A stretch of DNA of 64,000 nt, from positions 26,908,001 through 26,972,000 of the forward strand of contig OX597829.1 of the NCBI GenBank assembly GCA_951406725.2, read 5' to 3'. The stretch is from Octopus vulgaris. Its lineage: Eukaryota. Position numbers and translations under genes: made by a program. Under the pieces are notes generated by a model that was not told where the DNA came from, searched no databases, and saw nothing but the letters and a program-made list of their open reading frames with translations. This document shows, in pieces, positions 39,848 to 54,060 of this stretch. How positions within the stretch are numbered: position 1 is the first letter of the stretch; every line of letters starts with the position of its first letter.

Positions 39848-40216
39848 AGGAGTGGCTGTGTGGTAAGTAGCTTACTTACGAACCACATGGTTCTGGGTTC
39901 AGTCCCACTGCGTGGCATCTTCCACTATAGCCTCGGGCTGCCCAAAGCCCTGTGAGTGGATTTGGTAGACGGAAACTGAAAGAAGCCCATCATATATATG
40001 TATGTGTGTATATGTTTGTTCCCCCCCACACACATACACACATCACTTGACAACCGATGCTGGTGTGTTTACGTCCCCGTAACTTAGTGGTTCAGCAAAA
40101 GAGACCGATAGAATAAGTAGTAGGCTTACAAAGAATATGTCCTGGGGTCGATTTGCTCGACTAAAGGTGGTGCTCCAGCATGGCCACGGTCAAATGACTG
40201 AAACAAGTAAAAGAGT
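39848..40216 (+). mobile_element. tRNA-derived SINE, dominant family, with a small internal deletion
   Basis: Same head, body and GACTGAAACAAGTAAAAGAG end as 26943-27292. Confidence 0.9.
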
Positions 40217-43200
40217 AAACGAGAAAAAGGAAGGAAGGCAGTGCTCAGAACCATATGCTGAACCTCTGAGAATGGCAGGAAGGAGGGAAAGAGGGAGGGA
40301 ATGTATTCTCAGACCAGATTCTTGGCTAGAATGCTTTCAAAGGTATCCTAGATGACTAGTGATGGTGTTAATCAGGCTGATAGATATGAAATCAGAATGC
40401 AAATGGCTGGAACAAATACTGCAAGGTACCATGTCCAAAGTTCTTACATTACCATTAATCCACTAGCCTGGATTGGTACTTTATTTTACTGACTCTGAAA
40501 TGATGATGAAAAGCAAAGTTGACCACAGCAGGAGTTGAACTTGGAGCACAGTAAAGTGGGGGCATTCTATCCAATGTTTTCTAACAACTACCAATTTAAT
40601 GCCTAAATATATATCATTATATACATCCATTATATCATTATATTCCTCATATCTCCCTGACCACCAAGATCTCAGGATATCCAATATCTGTGTTTCACTA
40701 TATAGCATCATACACATTCCAACAGACCCTGCATCAGTTGGCTCTCAGTTCTCTCAACTAAATCATCACTATATTAAATAGATCACCACAGGAACAGAAA
40801 CTGTCAACTTCCTCAAGTGAGACATATGAGTACTGCATGAGTGTCTATGCTACAAAGTACTGCTGTACATCTACCACATCTAAATTTAAGATCCTCTATC
40901 CGTCTACCAAAGATCCCTTATATAGACCCACTGTTTATGCTGATTACGCAGTCTCCTACCTACTCCTCTCCTAGATATCAATCAAGACCATGACTCCTTA
41001 AACACTGGGAGTTCGTGTTTTCTTTATCCAACATTTTAGTCTTTGCTATATTAGCTTTAAGTCCTTTTGATTGAAGACCATAGTTTAAAGATCATAACAC
41101 TCATGCTGCACAAATTCTACAGATAAACTATGATTCAATACTTTATACACAATTATAATATGTAATAATAATATACACATGATAATAATAATATTGTTTC
41201 TAATATAGACATAAAGCGAGAAAATTGGAGGAGGGGTTAGTCAATGCCATTCAACCTTAGTACACTTCTGGAATTTTATTGACCTAAAGACGATAAAAGA
41301 GAAGCTAGCCTCAGCAGAATTTGAACTCAAAATGCAAAGGGTCAAAAGAAATGCCACAAAGCGTTTTTCCCAATGCATTAACAGTTCTGCCACATGCTGC
41401 CTTATGGTTTCAAATTTTTGCACCAGGCCAGCAATTTTGAGGTAAAAGAGTAGCTGGTTACACCAATCCCAATACTTTGCTGGTACTTATTTTATTGATC
41501 CTAAAAGGATGAAAAGCTGGCCGTCACAGAATTTGAACTCAGAACATAAACAGCTGGAAGAAACGTCACTAAATCTGGAATGCTAACGATTCTGCCAGTT
41601 CATGGCAATAATAATAAAAATGGTTTCAAATTTTGGTACACGTGCTCAGCTGTTAGTTATTGACCCTGAAAGAGATGAAAGGCAAAGTCAACCTCAGCAG
41701 AACTTGAACTCAGAACATAAAGATAGGCAAAATGTTCTAAGCATTCTACCCAGTGTGCAAACTGTATGCCTCACAAAGTAACACAATAAGAAGGAAGAAA
41801 GAACGAAAGCTTTATCACATTACCGTGTTTTCCCTTCCTTAGCAGAACTGGGTGGGGAAAACTATTCTGTAATACCATATATGCCACCCAGTATACATGG
41901 AGCTTTATGCTAATCAGTTTGGATCTACCCAATGTAGAAACCAAATCCCTTTCAGAAAAAGAACCACATAAATCAGAGAAGGAGCTTCTCTTAGTGACAT
42001 TGCTAATTCAGTATAACATAACTCCTATCAACAAATTCCCTATTACCTTTAAATTAGGGACTACAAATTTGATATGAAGTCATGAGAACTTGTTGTATGT
42101 AGAAGTCAAAATCTCTCTAACACCTTTAACTTTTTTGTTATATTTGTTAAAATACACTGCCTTTGTTCCAATTAATTTGGAAAATAATGAAGAATTTAGT
42201 AAAATAACCGACATTGGTAAAGTAGTGTAAGGTAGCAAGCTGGCAGAATCATTAGCATGCTGGACAAAATGCTTGGCAGAATTTCATTCGCCTTTATGTT
42301 CTGAGCTCAAATTCCACTGTGGTCAACTTTGCCTTTTCATCTTTTTTCTTTTCTTTTTGTGTGTGTGTGTGTGTGGGGGGGGGGGGGTCAATGTAATCAA
42401 CCTCCCAACAAATTTCAGGCCTTATACCTATAGCAGAAAGGATTATAAAGCTAGTGTTTGGAACATATATTAATGTGAAATTTTGTTAGGGTTTAAAAAT
42501 TCAGATCATTTTAAAAACAGGGTATTTGCATCAAAGAAATAAGGATAATAATATTAGGCAGGTTTGTATTAAAAGAGTTAAAACAGAGAGAGAGAGGGTG
42601 GTGAACGTGCAACTTCCAAATCTCAAGACACAACCCTCATTACAATAAAAAGCAAGAGTCAACTAAAAATACCAACAAGTATTTTTATAAACACTCAGGG
42701 AGCCTTTCAATTCAACATAAATAAAAATAAATGTTGTGACATCTATGCACCCTCCACTCACCACCCACAACACACATACATATACAAATATTGGCATTAT
42801 TGTTGTTACAGCAATAATCATATGTAGTCTATAATGGGAGAAAAAACTATTTCCTTTTTTTTTTTTTGTAATTCACTCAAAGATTTCTGCAATTCTAAGG
42901 AAAGAGTTACTTCTTTATATAAGATTTATTTTGTTCCATATTTTTTTTTTTCTTTATTTACTTTTTTTTTTATTTTAGGTGGTGGAGGAACCGTTTGAAG
43001 TGAAGCATATATTACAAAAGAACCAACAAAGTTCTCTTTAATGAACACAGTTCCAGCTTGGCCGATATTTTCAGCATTCAAACACATAAGGAAGTCATTG
43101 CCTTAAAAATTCCCAGTGGAACTCCTCCTGCCATATTATGAGGATGATTCAGAAGTTTATACTAAAACAAAACTAAGGTGCAGCTCTCATTGAGTGTAAC

Positions 43201-44899
43201 TTAATACAATCCACATCCCTGCTCTCACATAAGTTATGCCAGTTACCGAAAATAATTCAGAGTACAAATAACAACAATTTTTGCTGTACAATGTGAGAAA
43301 TTATTACTGCTGTTGTTGTGTAGAAAAATAAAATCTAATATAGAAAAAAATATATACTGAAATAAATAAATGCATATATATATATATATTACATATACAC
43401 ACACAAAACAATGTTATTTACAAAGAATACTTCAGTATATTTTTTAAAAAATGGAAAATGAATTTTAAAAAAACATGCAAAAAGCTTAAAACAACAAAAA
43501 ACTTTTCTTAAACATACTATAAATGGAATCTTAGAACAAGAAAGCTGACAGAGACATATGGTAATTTGTTTTACAGCCTTCCATATAACTTGCATATACA
43601 CAAGGATACAAAAGTGTGGTGGGGAGGGGGGAGGGGAACCTGAACACGCGTGTGCGCGCACACACACACACACACAGAGCAAAAGAATAAAAGGCTTTAT
43701 AACTGCAGTCATTGACCTGAGGTCACACTGATTTACATCTTATTTTATTTTACTTGTTTCAGTCAACTCCAGTAGTTTTTTGGGGGGTTTTTTCCCAAAG
43801 CTTAATATTTATTCTGTCATTCTCCTTTACCAAATTGCTTGGTTACAAGACATAACAAACTAACACTGGTCATTCAGTGAGAGAAGACAGAGACAAACAT
43901 ACCACACACACACACACTGGCTGGATTCCCAAGAGTGGCCAAGTGAGACTATGGATATTATCCAACCATCTTGCACATGGTCTACCCCTAGGTCTCCTGC
44001 TGGTTGGCTAAGCTTGAAAAATCCATCTTGTAATTCTTCCCTGCAACATTCTAACATCTCCATACTAACAGAGTTGTGACACCGTAATGTGCAAAAGTAG
44101 TGGCTCAACCTGGAGAATATTCCTGATCTCAGAGATACACACACTGTCAAGATACTCCCGAGATCCTTTCAACAAGCCCCTATTTCTTTTTCTTTTTTTT
44201 TTTTGTCATCTACTGATTGGTGTAGCAGTATCATTCATCAACTGCTACAGGGACAAATGAAATGGACTAAAGAGATCCAACTACAGAAGAATAACACTGA
44301 TGGAACAGGTTATGAAAGTAATAACTAAAGAGATTATATGAGATACAGCTTAGGGTTGTGCTAGGTTCCACTTTTAAGTGAGACATCTGTAAAAATTCCT
44401 AGCCATGTGCAAGCCAACTGACCTGTGAAGAAGGCCTACGACAGGTCTCAAGCTCTATAGTTGAGTAGTTGCTAAGAGAACAAGGTATAGAAGAATGTCT
44501 TATGAGAGACATGCAGGCCATGAGAATTAGCAACAAGTTCAGCAAGGAATTTAGCATGCAGGTAAGACTGCTCAGTTCTCAATCTTTTTATGTAAGCTAT
44601 TGAAATACACTGCCTTTGTAATTATTAAGTTAGTGGTTTGAAACTTAATTAACCCTGAGACAAAGTCATTTAGTAAATGACTGTCATTATTAAGGTAAGG
44701 GTCTGAAACCTAATTAACATAAGGGGTGGGTTGATATCAAAAGGGTTCAAACTGGTTGCCAGTGGGAACATCTATGTGCCATTGAACTAGTTCTCATACT
44801 TGGATCTATCAGAGAATTACTGTAGAAATTCCGAAAATGGATGCAAAACTTAAAATTGAAAGTCATTAGTAAACCTAATAATGACAAAAATTTTAATTA

Positions 44900-45720
44900 G
44901 TAGTAATGAAGGCAAGACTGCACCACCATATGGTAAGAGGTAATGCTTGACATACTATTAAATAGTAAGTACATTGTAAAGTACAGGTGCACAAGAAATA
45001 CAGTAACATCATAGACAGACTGTGAGAGAAGCAGGTGCATTGGAGCAGTTAGCAATAACAGCACCCATGAAATGAATCCTTTTCAATGTCTGGAAGACTC
45101 CCTAGAAATAGTTGGCAGTTTCAGTTACGTAGGTGACCTAATTAGCAATGGAGTAGGGTGTTGTGAAAGTATTGTTGCCAGAATAAGGATGGTGTGGGGA
45201 AACTTTCAGGGAATTATTTACCTCTGCTAGCAATATAGGGATTTTCTCTGTAAATGAAGGCCAGATTGTATGACAGTAATATACGAAATGTGATAGAGCA
45301 CAGTAACGAAATATGGCTATTAAATGTGGAGAATATGGCAAGGCAGCAACGCTCAAACTGCAGGATGCGTAATGTAATGTCAGTGTGCATGAAGTGAAGG
45401 GACAAAAAGGATCTGAAAGAAAAACTGGGTACAAGAGAAATTCCACAGTGTGCATGAAAGGAGATAGCACTAGCTTGGTAACATAATTTCTATAGAGGAA
45501 AATGCTTGAGTAAAAAAACAAAAGTGTAAAGTTATACAAGCAGAAAGAACCTATAAAAGGGGAAGACCAAGGAAGACATGGATGTAAAAAAAAGTAGTTG
45601 TAGAGGGTGATCTTAGAAAGGAGATGACAAAGGGATTGTGACAAATGATAAAACACTATACTGGAAAAGATACATCCAACCATGTAGGCACAGAAAATGG
45701 GCATGGAATTAAAGGAAATT
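44900..45720 (+). mobile_element. Old RTE-like LINE remnant (post-RT region)
   Basis: Broken frames read RIRMVWGNF.ELLPLL, KARLYDSNIRNVIEHSNEIW, LKEKLGTREI and GRPRKTW. Confidence 0.6.
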
Positions 45721-47235
45721 CATAGCCAGAATGGCAGCAAATAAAAAATGGTAAAAGAATAGGTTCGCTGTCAGATAGTATTTTGTTATACCGTATTAAG
45801 TTAGGAGTTCCTATCCACCAAAGACTGACTTTGCTTTTTACTCTGGGGCCAATATATAAAGTACCAGTTAAGAACTGGTATGAAATTGGTCAAGTGTACA
45901 CTCCCTTAGAATGTATGGCATTGAAGCTATGTTAGAAATCCTTATACTTACAGTATGAATTTTTATTTTTTGTCATTCCTCCTGCCAAACACAAAATGCT
46001 ACTAACACAAACCAGATGTAAATCATCTATTTGGTTCAAGAAATAATGACTTCCTGCAACAGACTTCATTTCTCCATCGGTTTCCATGTCTGTCTTACAC
46101 TTCTTGGGTCAACCTTAATTTCATTATCAAGCCAAAAAGGAATTTATATATATTTAAATAAAAAAGTTTATACATTTGTGCCCCTTCAGGAAAGTAATAT
46201 CTAACAGACTACTAAGCGCTTCATCAAACAAGATCTGTGTTGCATTCAGTTGTGGATGAAGAGATCAGGGTGAAATGTTAGATATCTCACTTTTAGCTTT
46301 TTTCTCTGTTGACTCGCACTGATATAGAATGCCTTTGGTGTTTTCTGTTTGCGGTTGCCTGTATAAGCTATGCGTGAATATGCGTACATACACATACACA
46401 CATATTTGACTGTATGTCTATACATGTGTGTGTATCTATCTACGTGTATGTATGTATATATTTTTTCATGAATTCTCCCTATATATATATACATACACCA
46501 TTCATCTGCTTGTGTGTGTGTGTATGTATATGTATTTATATATATATATATATATATATATAATATGCATACATACACCATTCAGCTGTCTTTGTGTATG
46601 TGTGTGTGCATATACCATCTGTATGTCACTTTGTACTTCTACCCCCATCTGTCTATCTTTTTTAGATATTAAATATATTTCTTCTCACAGTACATCAACA
46701 ACATAACCTCAAATGTATCTTTTCACTATATTGATTCTGGTTACTACACTACTGCTTTCTTCACATACAACTGGTTATCTTTGTCACTATCTCACTAGTG
46801 ATATATCTGTGTCACTTTATCAAACTGAAGCCCTGACTATTAGATACTTCTTTTCACAGTACACCAAAACATCTCAACCTTTTGCCTTTCATTGAATTTT
46901 CATGCGTATCAATGCGTATCACTAAATGATAGGTCCTCTGCTTAACCACTCAATCTGCTAGAAACCACAGCCAATTGCTCACAAAGCAAATCCTACCATC
47001 TTGTTTTTAAAAATGTAAGTATGAATTGGATAATTATCTAGAATATATTATTTCTGAAAATGATGGGATGGTCAAGGCTGAAATATTTCTAATCATAAAT
47101 TTGCTTGATCAGAGCTTACTTGGGCTATTAAAAACAAAAAAAATTATTCTTCTACCATCTGGGCAATTTCAACATTTCATCAACATTTAACATCCATTTT
47201 CCATGTGGGCATAGGCCTAAATTGATCAAACAGCT

Positions 47236-47775
47236 TCATTTGTTCGACGTGCAACCAAGAGAATACCCTCCATCAGGCATTTGCCATATTCTGAATGCCT
47301 TACTTCCCTGGGCATGGATACATTGAAACTCCGACGTCTGGCAGCTGACTTGGCAGACACCCATAAATTTATTAACCATCTTACTAACAATAACTCTGAG
47401 CACCTTTTCAAACTCCACCTGTCTAACACCCGTGGACATGTTTACAAAGTCAGAAAAACAGTACAGCTCCCATGACTTTCAGAAACATTTTTTCACGCTA
47501 AGAGTTGCTGAAGCATGGAACAAACTGCCGGCATCAGTTATTAGTTGTTGGAGCACTGCATCCTTCAAAACTTCCATGCTTTCTGAGATTCGCCAACACT
47601 ACACCTGATTTTCTCCCCTCCATACACACACAAGCATGTATCTGACTCATACACTGTTCACTTCCCAGACATTTGTACATTACTGCATATGCTTTATACA
47701 CACTTTTGACAAGTTGTGGTGCACCTGAGCACTGTATACAATAATTTCATTATTATTATTATAATTATTATTATT
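47236..47775 (+). mobile_element. 5'-truncated CR1-clade LINE with (ATT)n tail
   Basis: Reads RRATKRIPSIRHLPYSECLTSLGMDTLKLRRLAADL...NTRGHVYKV, then after a frameshift HFFTLRVAEAWNKLPASV...SFK. The 3' UTR has the hairpin GTGCACCTGAGCAC followed by ATT repeats. Confidence 0.9.
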
Positions 47776-50351
47776 TCATCAGATTGAAAAAGTCTGGTCA
47801 ACCTTTCAATGTTTCCCAAACATTCTATAAAGAAGCTTCTCTATGACACAACATCCATGTGGTCTTTCAGTAAAATCATTTTTTGTTTTCTTTTAATAAC
47901 TGCTAGATTTATGGATAATGAGAGAAAGAAAGAAAGAATAATATATCTATTCATTCTTAAATATGTTCTGGCAGATTCAGACATAAATACTAGATTGCTG
48001 TTTCCCAAATGATTTTGTTGTTAAAATTTATGTGCAATAAATTGGTTACACTTCTGCAACACACAAAATATCTTTAATTATTTTTTCATGCAATTCCTAA
48101 TAATATTTAATTATAAAAATATAATAGGATCTTTAAAACATCAAATGGCTATGAGGGTCCATCCAAGTGAAACAGGAATCAAGGAGGTCCATAGGAAAAT
48201 AAAATAATTTGAGAACCACTGCTTTAGACAGTGTTCATAACACATACAAATCACCAGTCTATGGTGAATACAAACAACAGCTCAATCCAAACGGATAGCT
48301 TTGACTGAGGAGATGCACAATGAGATTCAAACAACAGTGTCATGAAGTCCCTTTACACCAGTGAATTGTGTATATTATAACCATACATCATCTAAAAAGG
48401 AGATGTTTTCTAATGATATAAAGCAACAGGGATCAGACACTAGCTTTTGAATTTGCCAGAACATGCTGAGAATGAATTTATAAGTTATTGTTTGGATTCT
48501 CATTGTTTTTTGCATGCACCTCAAGAATTATCTGAGAAAAAGATAAAAATTTTAAGAGAAAACAAAGTTAACAAGGTTTGCTAAGTGTTTCTGTTCATGG
48601 CCATATTTGTTTGAAGAGGAGGGACACCATTAGGGTTTTTTTTTATTACATATCACAAATATACACAAACTAAAGAAGGTTACCCTATATGGCTAATTGA
48701 TCCACTAGAAATAGCAACCCTATGACAGGTGACATTACGTGATGTGTAGACAAAGAGATGCATGAACACACGCGCACATATATAAACACACACACACATA
48801 ATGAACTTCTTTCAGTTTCTGTCTACCAAATCCACTCACAATACTTTGGTCAGTCCAGGGTTATGGTAGAAGACACTTGCCCAAGGTACCACATAGTGGA
48901 ACTGAACTCAAAACCATATGTAGTTGAGAAGCAAATGCTTTATCCACACACCCATTAAATAATAATATATGCATAGTAAATGCTGATGGTCAGCAAATCA
49001 TGCTTCTAAATGTTGCCAATAGCACAAAACCAAAATAAATTGTTTTGTGACTAAGACATACATCACACGATAAATATTAGTGCGGGTGTTTATTAATAAT
49101 CCCAATGCTTTAACCATTTCAGTGTTGATGTATACATTTATACTCATTACAAATAGTCCATATACATTTATATTATCTCAAAAGAAAAAATTAAGAGCTA
49201 ACAGACATTGTTTAGCCCCAGGTTTGTTCTGGTTGAACAGACTTATGATCAAAGGCATTCAAGTCAAGAATATCCAGTCTTTTTTTAAAGGTTATCTGAA
49301 ATGCACTACCCAGTTAGTCCTAAATTTCACGATAGTGGGGGTTGTGATTAAAGATGGATTTGGCTGTTATTTCTAGTAGGATAAGTGACTATGAAGAGGA
49401 TCTCTTACTGGCTTGGTGAGCAGACTGTTAGATATAGAGGAAAATGTAAACCAGATGACAGTTAAAGGGGAAAAAAACACAGACCAATACAGACTCACAT
49501 ACAGCTGCACACAGACAGTCACACACATAAACACATAGGTACTCACCAAGACAAACACACATACATAAATACATTCACAGATGCATACACATGCAAACAT
49601 ATACAGACACACAAACACACTCATATAGACAAAAGCAAACACACACATCGCTAGACATACTCAGCAAAGAAAATAAGTTTTAAATGTAGAAAAAATGTTC
49701 CCAGAAAGAAATCTAGTAGACAATTATTACTCAATGGAACTGAAGAATTCCACTCACCAAAAACAAACAAAATAAAAACAACAAAATGTATAGTAGTTGG
49801 AGTGAGAGAAACTTTTTTTTTTTTAAATATTAACTGAAATAGTAAAAATATAACACCAAAATAAATGTAAATATTGCTTGGAGTTGGCGTATACATTAAT
49901 AAATCTTTCAAGTGGTAAACAACAATTAGTGGAGTCAACGATGACGCTCTATACATCAGTTACATAACCTGCTTTTTTACCTAAACTGTTGTTGTAAACT
50001 AATGTGCAGGCCACACTTCCAAATAAGTCACTGAATAATTCAATTCTCAAAACATTTCTAGTTTTGTCTTTTTGTTGTTTTTTTTTTTTTTTGTGGGTGA
50101 GGAGTAATAAGCAAAGACCATTGTATACAGTCTGTCCTCCCAACTGTTGCAAGTGTAGTTACACTTATTACTACATTGCCTTGGTTGAGTCCAATTTTCA
50201 TTCCTCAGAGAGTTCATGAAACAAGTATCAATGATGCAGCAGAAAAGAGAATCAAGTTTGAACAGAGATGAAAATTATGCTTCAGTGATGAGGTCATCAT
50301 GAGACTGAAACACGTACACAGCTTTCTCTCATACGTGTTAGAAAAATGAAA

Positions 50352-50407
<56 letters not shown>

Positions 50408-50638
50408 GTGTAAGTAGCTTGCTTACCAACCACATGGTTCCGGATTCAGTCCCACTGCGTGGCACCTTGGGCAAGTGTCTACTATAGCCTCGGGCTGACC
50501 AAAGCCTTGTGAGTGGATTTGGTAGACGGAAACTGAAAGAAGCCCATCATATATATGTATATATATAAATGTGTGTGCCTGTATGTTTGTGTGTCTGTGT
50601 TTGTCCCCCTAGCATTGCTTGACAGCCAATGCTGGTGT

Positions 50639-52029
50639 GTGTCCCATCATGGCTGCAGTCTAATGACTAGGAGTGGCTGTGTGGTATGTAGCTTGCTTAT
50701 GAATCACATGGTTCCATGTTCAGTCCCACTGCGTGGCACCTTGGGCAAGTGTCTTCTATTATAGCCTTGGGCCGATCAAAGCCTTGTGAGTGGATTTGGA
50801 AGACGGAAACCGAAAGAAGCCTGTCTTATATATGTATGTGTGTATACATTTGTGTCTGTGTTTGTCCTCCCAACATCGCTTGACAACCGAAGCTAGTGTG
50901 TTTATGTCCCTGTAACTTAGCAGTTCAGCAAAATAGAATAAGTAGTAGGCTTACAAAGAATAAGTCCTGGGGTCGATTTGCTCAACTAAAGGCGGTGCTC
51001 CAGCATGGCTACAGTCAAATGACTGAAGCAAGTAAAAGAGAGTAATAATCATCATCATTGTTTAAACATCCACTTTTCTATGCTTGCATGTATTAGATGG
51101 AATTCTTTGAGGCACATTTTCTGTCTTGATACTCTTCCTGTTGCAAACTCATACCTTTCCAAGCAAAGTAATATTTCCCCATTGCTGGACATATTTTCAC
51201 GGAAAATTAGAAATGTATACTGCTTATATGACAGAGACACTCATTTACAACTATTGCATGTACATCTCCCAGTACCGCCTGACTGGCCTTCATGCTGGTG
51301 GCACGTAAACGCACCCACTGCACTCTCGGAGTGGTCGGCATTAGGAAGGGCATCCAGCTGTAGAAATTTTGCCAGATCAGATTGGAGCCTGGTGCAGCCA
51401 TCTGGTTTGTCAGTCCTCAGTCAAATCGTTCAACCCATGCTAACATGAAAAGCGGATGTTAAACGATGATGATGATGATGATAAATCTAAATCTAACCAG
51501 TGATTAAGATCTGCACCCACAAACCAAAGTAATATATTTAAATTCTGACACTTAACCTTTTTGATATCATCCCCATCAAGACCACTCCTGGTTCTATGAT
51601 TTGAACTTTCTGTTTTAAAGTAATTTAAATTTAAAATTTCCATCATAATACATGTTAATTTATGTCTCAAACACCAGCTTAATAATAACATTTGTTTTAT
51701 TAGCTCCTTCAATTTCAGAATTAATTCAAACAAAAGCAGTGTATTTCAATAAAGTGATCTGAATTAAAAACCTATCAAACTTTGAAGTTACGTTCTAAAT
51801 ACCAGTTTAATTAATGATAGTTATTTTACAAATTCATTCTTTTCACAAAATTCTTTGAAACAAGTCTTCCAAATCCACTCACAAGGCTTTGATCGGCCCA
51901 AGGCTATAGTAGAAGACACTTGCCCAAGGTGCCACGCAGTGGGACTGAACATGGAACCATGTGGTTCATAAGCAAGCTACATACCACACAGCCACTCCTA
52001 GTCATTAGACTGCAGCTATGATGGGACAC
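50639..52029. repeat. 166-bp near-perfect inverted repeat (50639-50804 and 51864-52029)
   Basis: By eye there are 3 mismatches over 166 bp. Both arms contain the same SINE-tail/SINE-head junction and the same private variants (TATGTAG, CCATGTT, GGAAGAC). Confidence 0.92.
50670..51042 (+). mobile_element. Full-length tRNA-derived SINE, dominant family, preceded by a truncated copy at about 50405-50640
   Basis: Same consensus as the copies at 26943 and 62877. Confidence 0.88.
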
Positions 52030-52941
52030 TACCTTGAAGGGTTTAGTTAAACAAATCAACCCTGAAATTTATTTTTATGTCCGGCGCATATTCTATCAGT
52101 CTCCTTTGCTGAACTGCTAAGATACAGGGACTAAAACTATCAACAATATAAAAGAGGGGGAGGGGACAAACAACACAGACTCATTATATATGTACACACA
52201 CCAGGCTTCTTTCAGTATGGCAAATCCATTCAAAGCTTTGGTCAGCCTAGGGTCATACAGTAGAAGATACTCGCCCAAAGTCCAAACAGTGGGACTGAAG
52301 TCAAGACCTCATGGTTGAGAAGCAAGCTTTATATACACACATCTATACACAAACTGGTTCACTCTGTGCTCATGTCTTTACCACAGCTGTTGTCTTGCAA
52401 AAATTCATGAGTAACATTTACAGCAATGATTTCACTGCTCTGGGAAGTACTGCAATGTCTATGTACACAGCCATTTCCTCCAAGACAAACAGGTGAAGAG
52501 ACAAGGAAAAAAGAAAAGGACTAAGCAAGCAACATTCTGTGTAGAAGACTGACATTTTGGAGAATATCCTTGATATGGACAACAGAATGCAAACAATTTA
52601 TCTCATGGATTTAAAGAAGAATTCAGTTCTAAATTTCAAGAATGCAACTACATGTAACAGGCATCTGAAGAAGGCTGGAAGGTCCACACACATACAGGTA
52701 CACATATATACACACAAGTACACACACGCATGCACATACATACCACACATACATATATTGTGTTTCTTTTTTTCCTTGCCACATTACTAGTTAACATTTG
52801 ATGTAGCAATTATTAAATATCTTAATATTTAATTGACTTTAATATTCTCTGCATTATGTAAGTTAACACTAAGTGTCTGCTATGAATCAAAAACAGAACA
52901 ATTCCCAAATAAATTCTTGGTGATAAATTTTGTAAAATTAA

Positions 52942-53115
52942 CCCTTTACCTGTTCAAAACTTCTAGTTAACCTTTGTAATATAAAGCATTCCTTTCATAA
53001 GTTCCCACTCACTCTGGTATTTGAAAAAAATTGGTAAAGTGTATCATATATGATGCATGGACACCAGGGAAATATGTTTCGTGTATCACATGCGATACAC
53101 AGGACATGTAATGGG
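52942..53115. mobile_element. Short piggyBac-type MITE with subterminal palindromes
   Basis: TTAA|CCCTTTACCTGTTC ... GGACATGTAATGGG|TTAA, with internal GTATCATATATGATGC and GTGTATCACATGCGATACAC. Confidence 0.6.
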
Positions 53116-53223
53116 TTAATTTCATTCCTTGAAGAAAAATGAACTCCAATAAAGAGGAAATGAAAAATAGAAAATAAAAAAATACTTTTTCAGACTTTCA
53201 CTTTTTCTTCCATATTAATGATA

Positions 53224-53800
53224 TTAATACCTTCTACCACAGAAGCCTCCGACGCTTACTCGGCATCTCCTGGCTAGACAAAGTAATCAATACTGACGTT
53301 CTGTCTCATGCTGGCCTCCCCACCATGCTCACCTTGCTAAAACAACGCCGGCTGCGCTGGCTTGGCCACGTTCACCATATGGAGGATGGTTGGATCCCAA
53401 AGGATGTTCTCTTCGGAGAGCTTGTCGCAGGGCGGAGAAACATTGCCCCCACCCCACCCCAAGCTGAGGTACAGGGACGTGTGCAGGAGGGATATGAAGG
53501 CACTTGGCATCAACACCAATTCCTTGAAGGATCTTGCAGCCAACCAAACCAGCTGGAGAGGCACTCTTCACAAACAACTGCAGACTGATGAAGAGAATTT
53601 GAGGGTGGCGGCAGCTGAAAACCGAGCCCATAGAAAAGAAATGACAGCCAACAGACCGGATTCAACATATAGGTGTGCCCTCCGCAAATGAGACTGCCAC
53701 TCTCGCATCGGCCTCTACAGCCACAGGAGGTGATGCAAAAACTGAATAGACATCTCAACAGACGGATGACATTATACATGGTCAGCCATGACCGACGGAG
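53224..53800 (+). mobile_element. 5'-truncated RTE-clade LINE (ORF C-terminus plus short 3' UTR)
   Basis: Reads INTFYHRSLRRLLGISWLDKVINTDVL...KQRRLRWLGHVHHMEDGWIPKDVLFGEL, then after a frameshift PKLRYRDVCRRDMK...W, plus a degenerate terminal C2H2 (YRCALRK*DCHSRIGLYSH). It ends with ATGGTCAGCCATGACCGACGGAG. Confidence 0.92.
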
Positions 53801-54060
53801 ACCCCTGGGCTGGCATCCCCCCAACCACATTGTTTCAGGTTCAGTCCCACTGGATGGCACCTTGGGAATGTCTTAACAGAGCCCCAGGTCACCAGAAGTC
53901 TTCAGAGTAGATTTGACAGAAAATGAAAGGTGTGTGTATGAGTGTGTGCGCGCGCGTGCATGTATCCATGTGTCTTGACATTGCATGAGTTGTAAATAAG
54001 TGTTACTGTCACACAAACAGTGTTGTTCATTTCTAATATTCTGTAAAAACATATCTGACC

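Noticed and set aside
42960-43330. Possible antisense exon after a plus-strand polypyrimidine/AG
   Set aside because: It gives only a short frame, with no partner exons or recognisable product.
48140-48222. hAT/Charlie-like terminus (CAGTGGTTCTCAA on the minus strand)
   Set aside because: Only one end is visible; I could not find the matching TIR or an 8-bp duplication.
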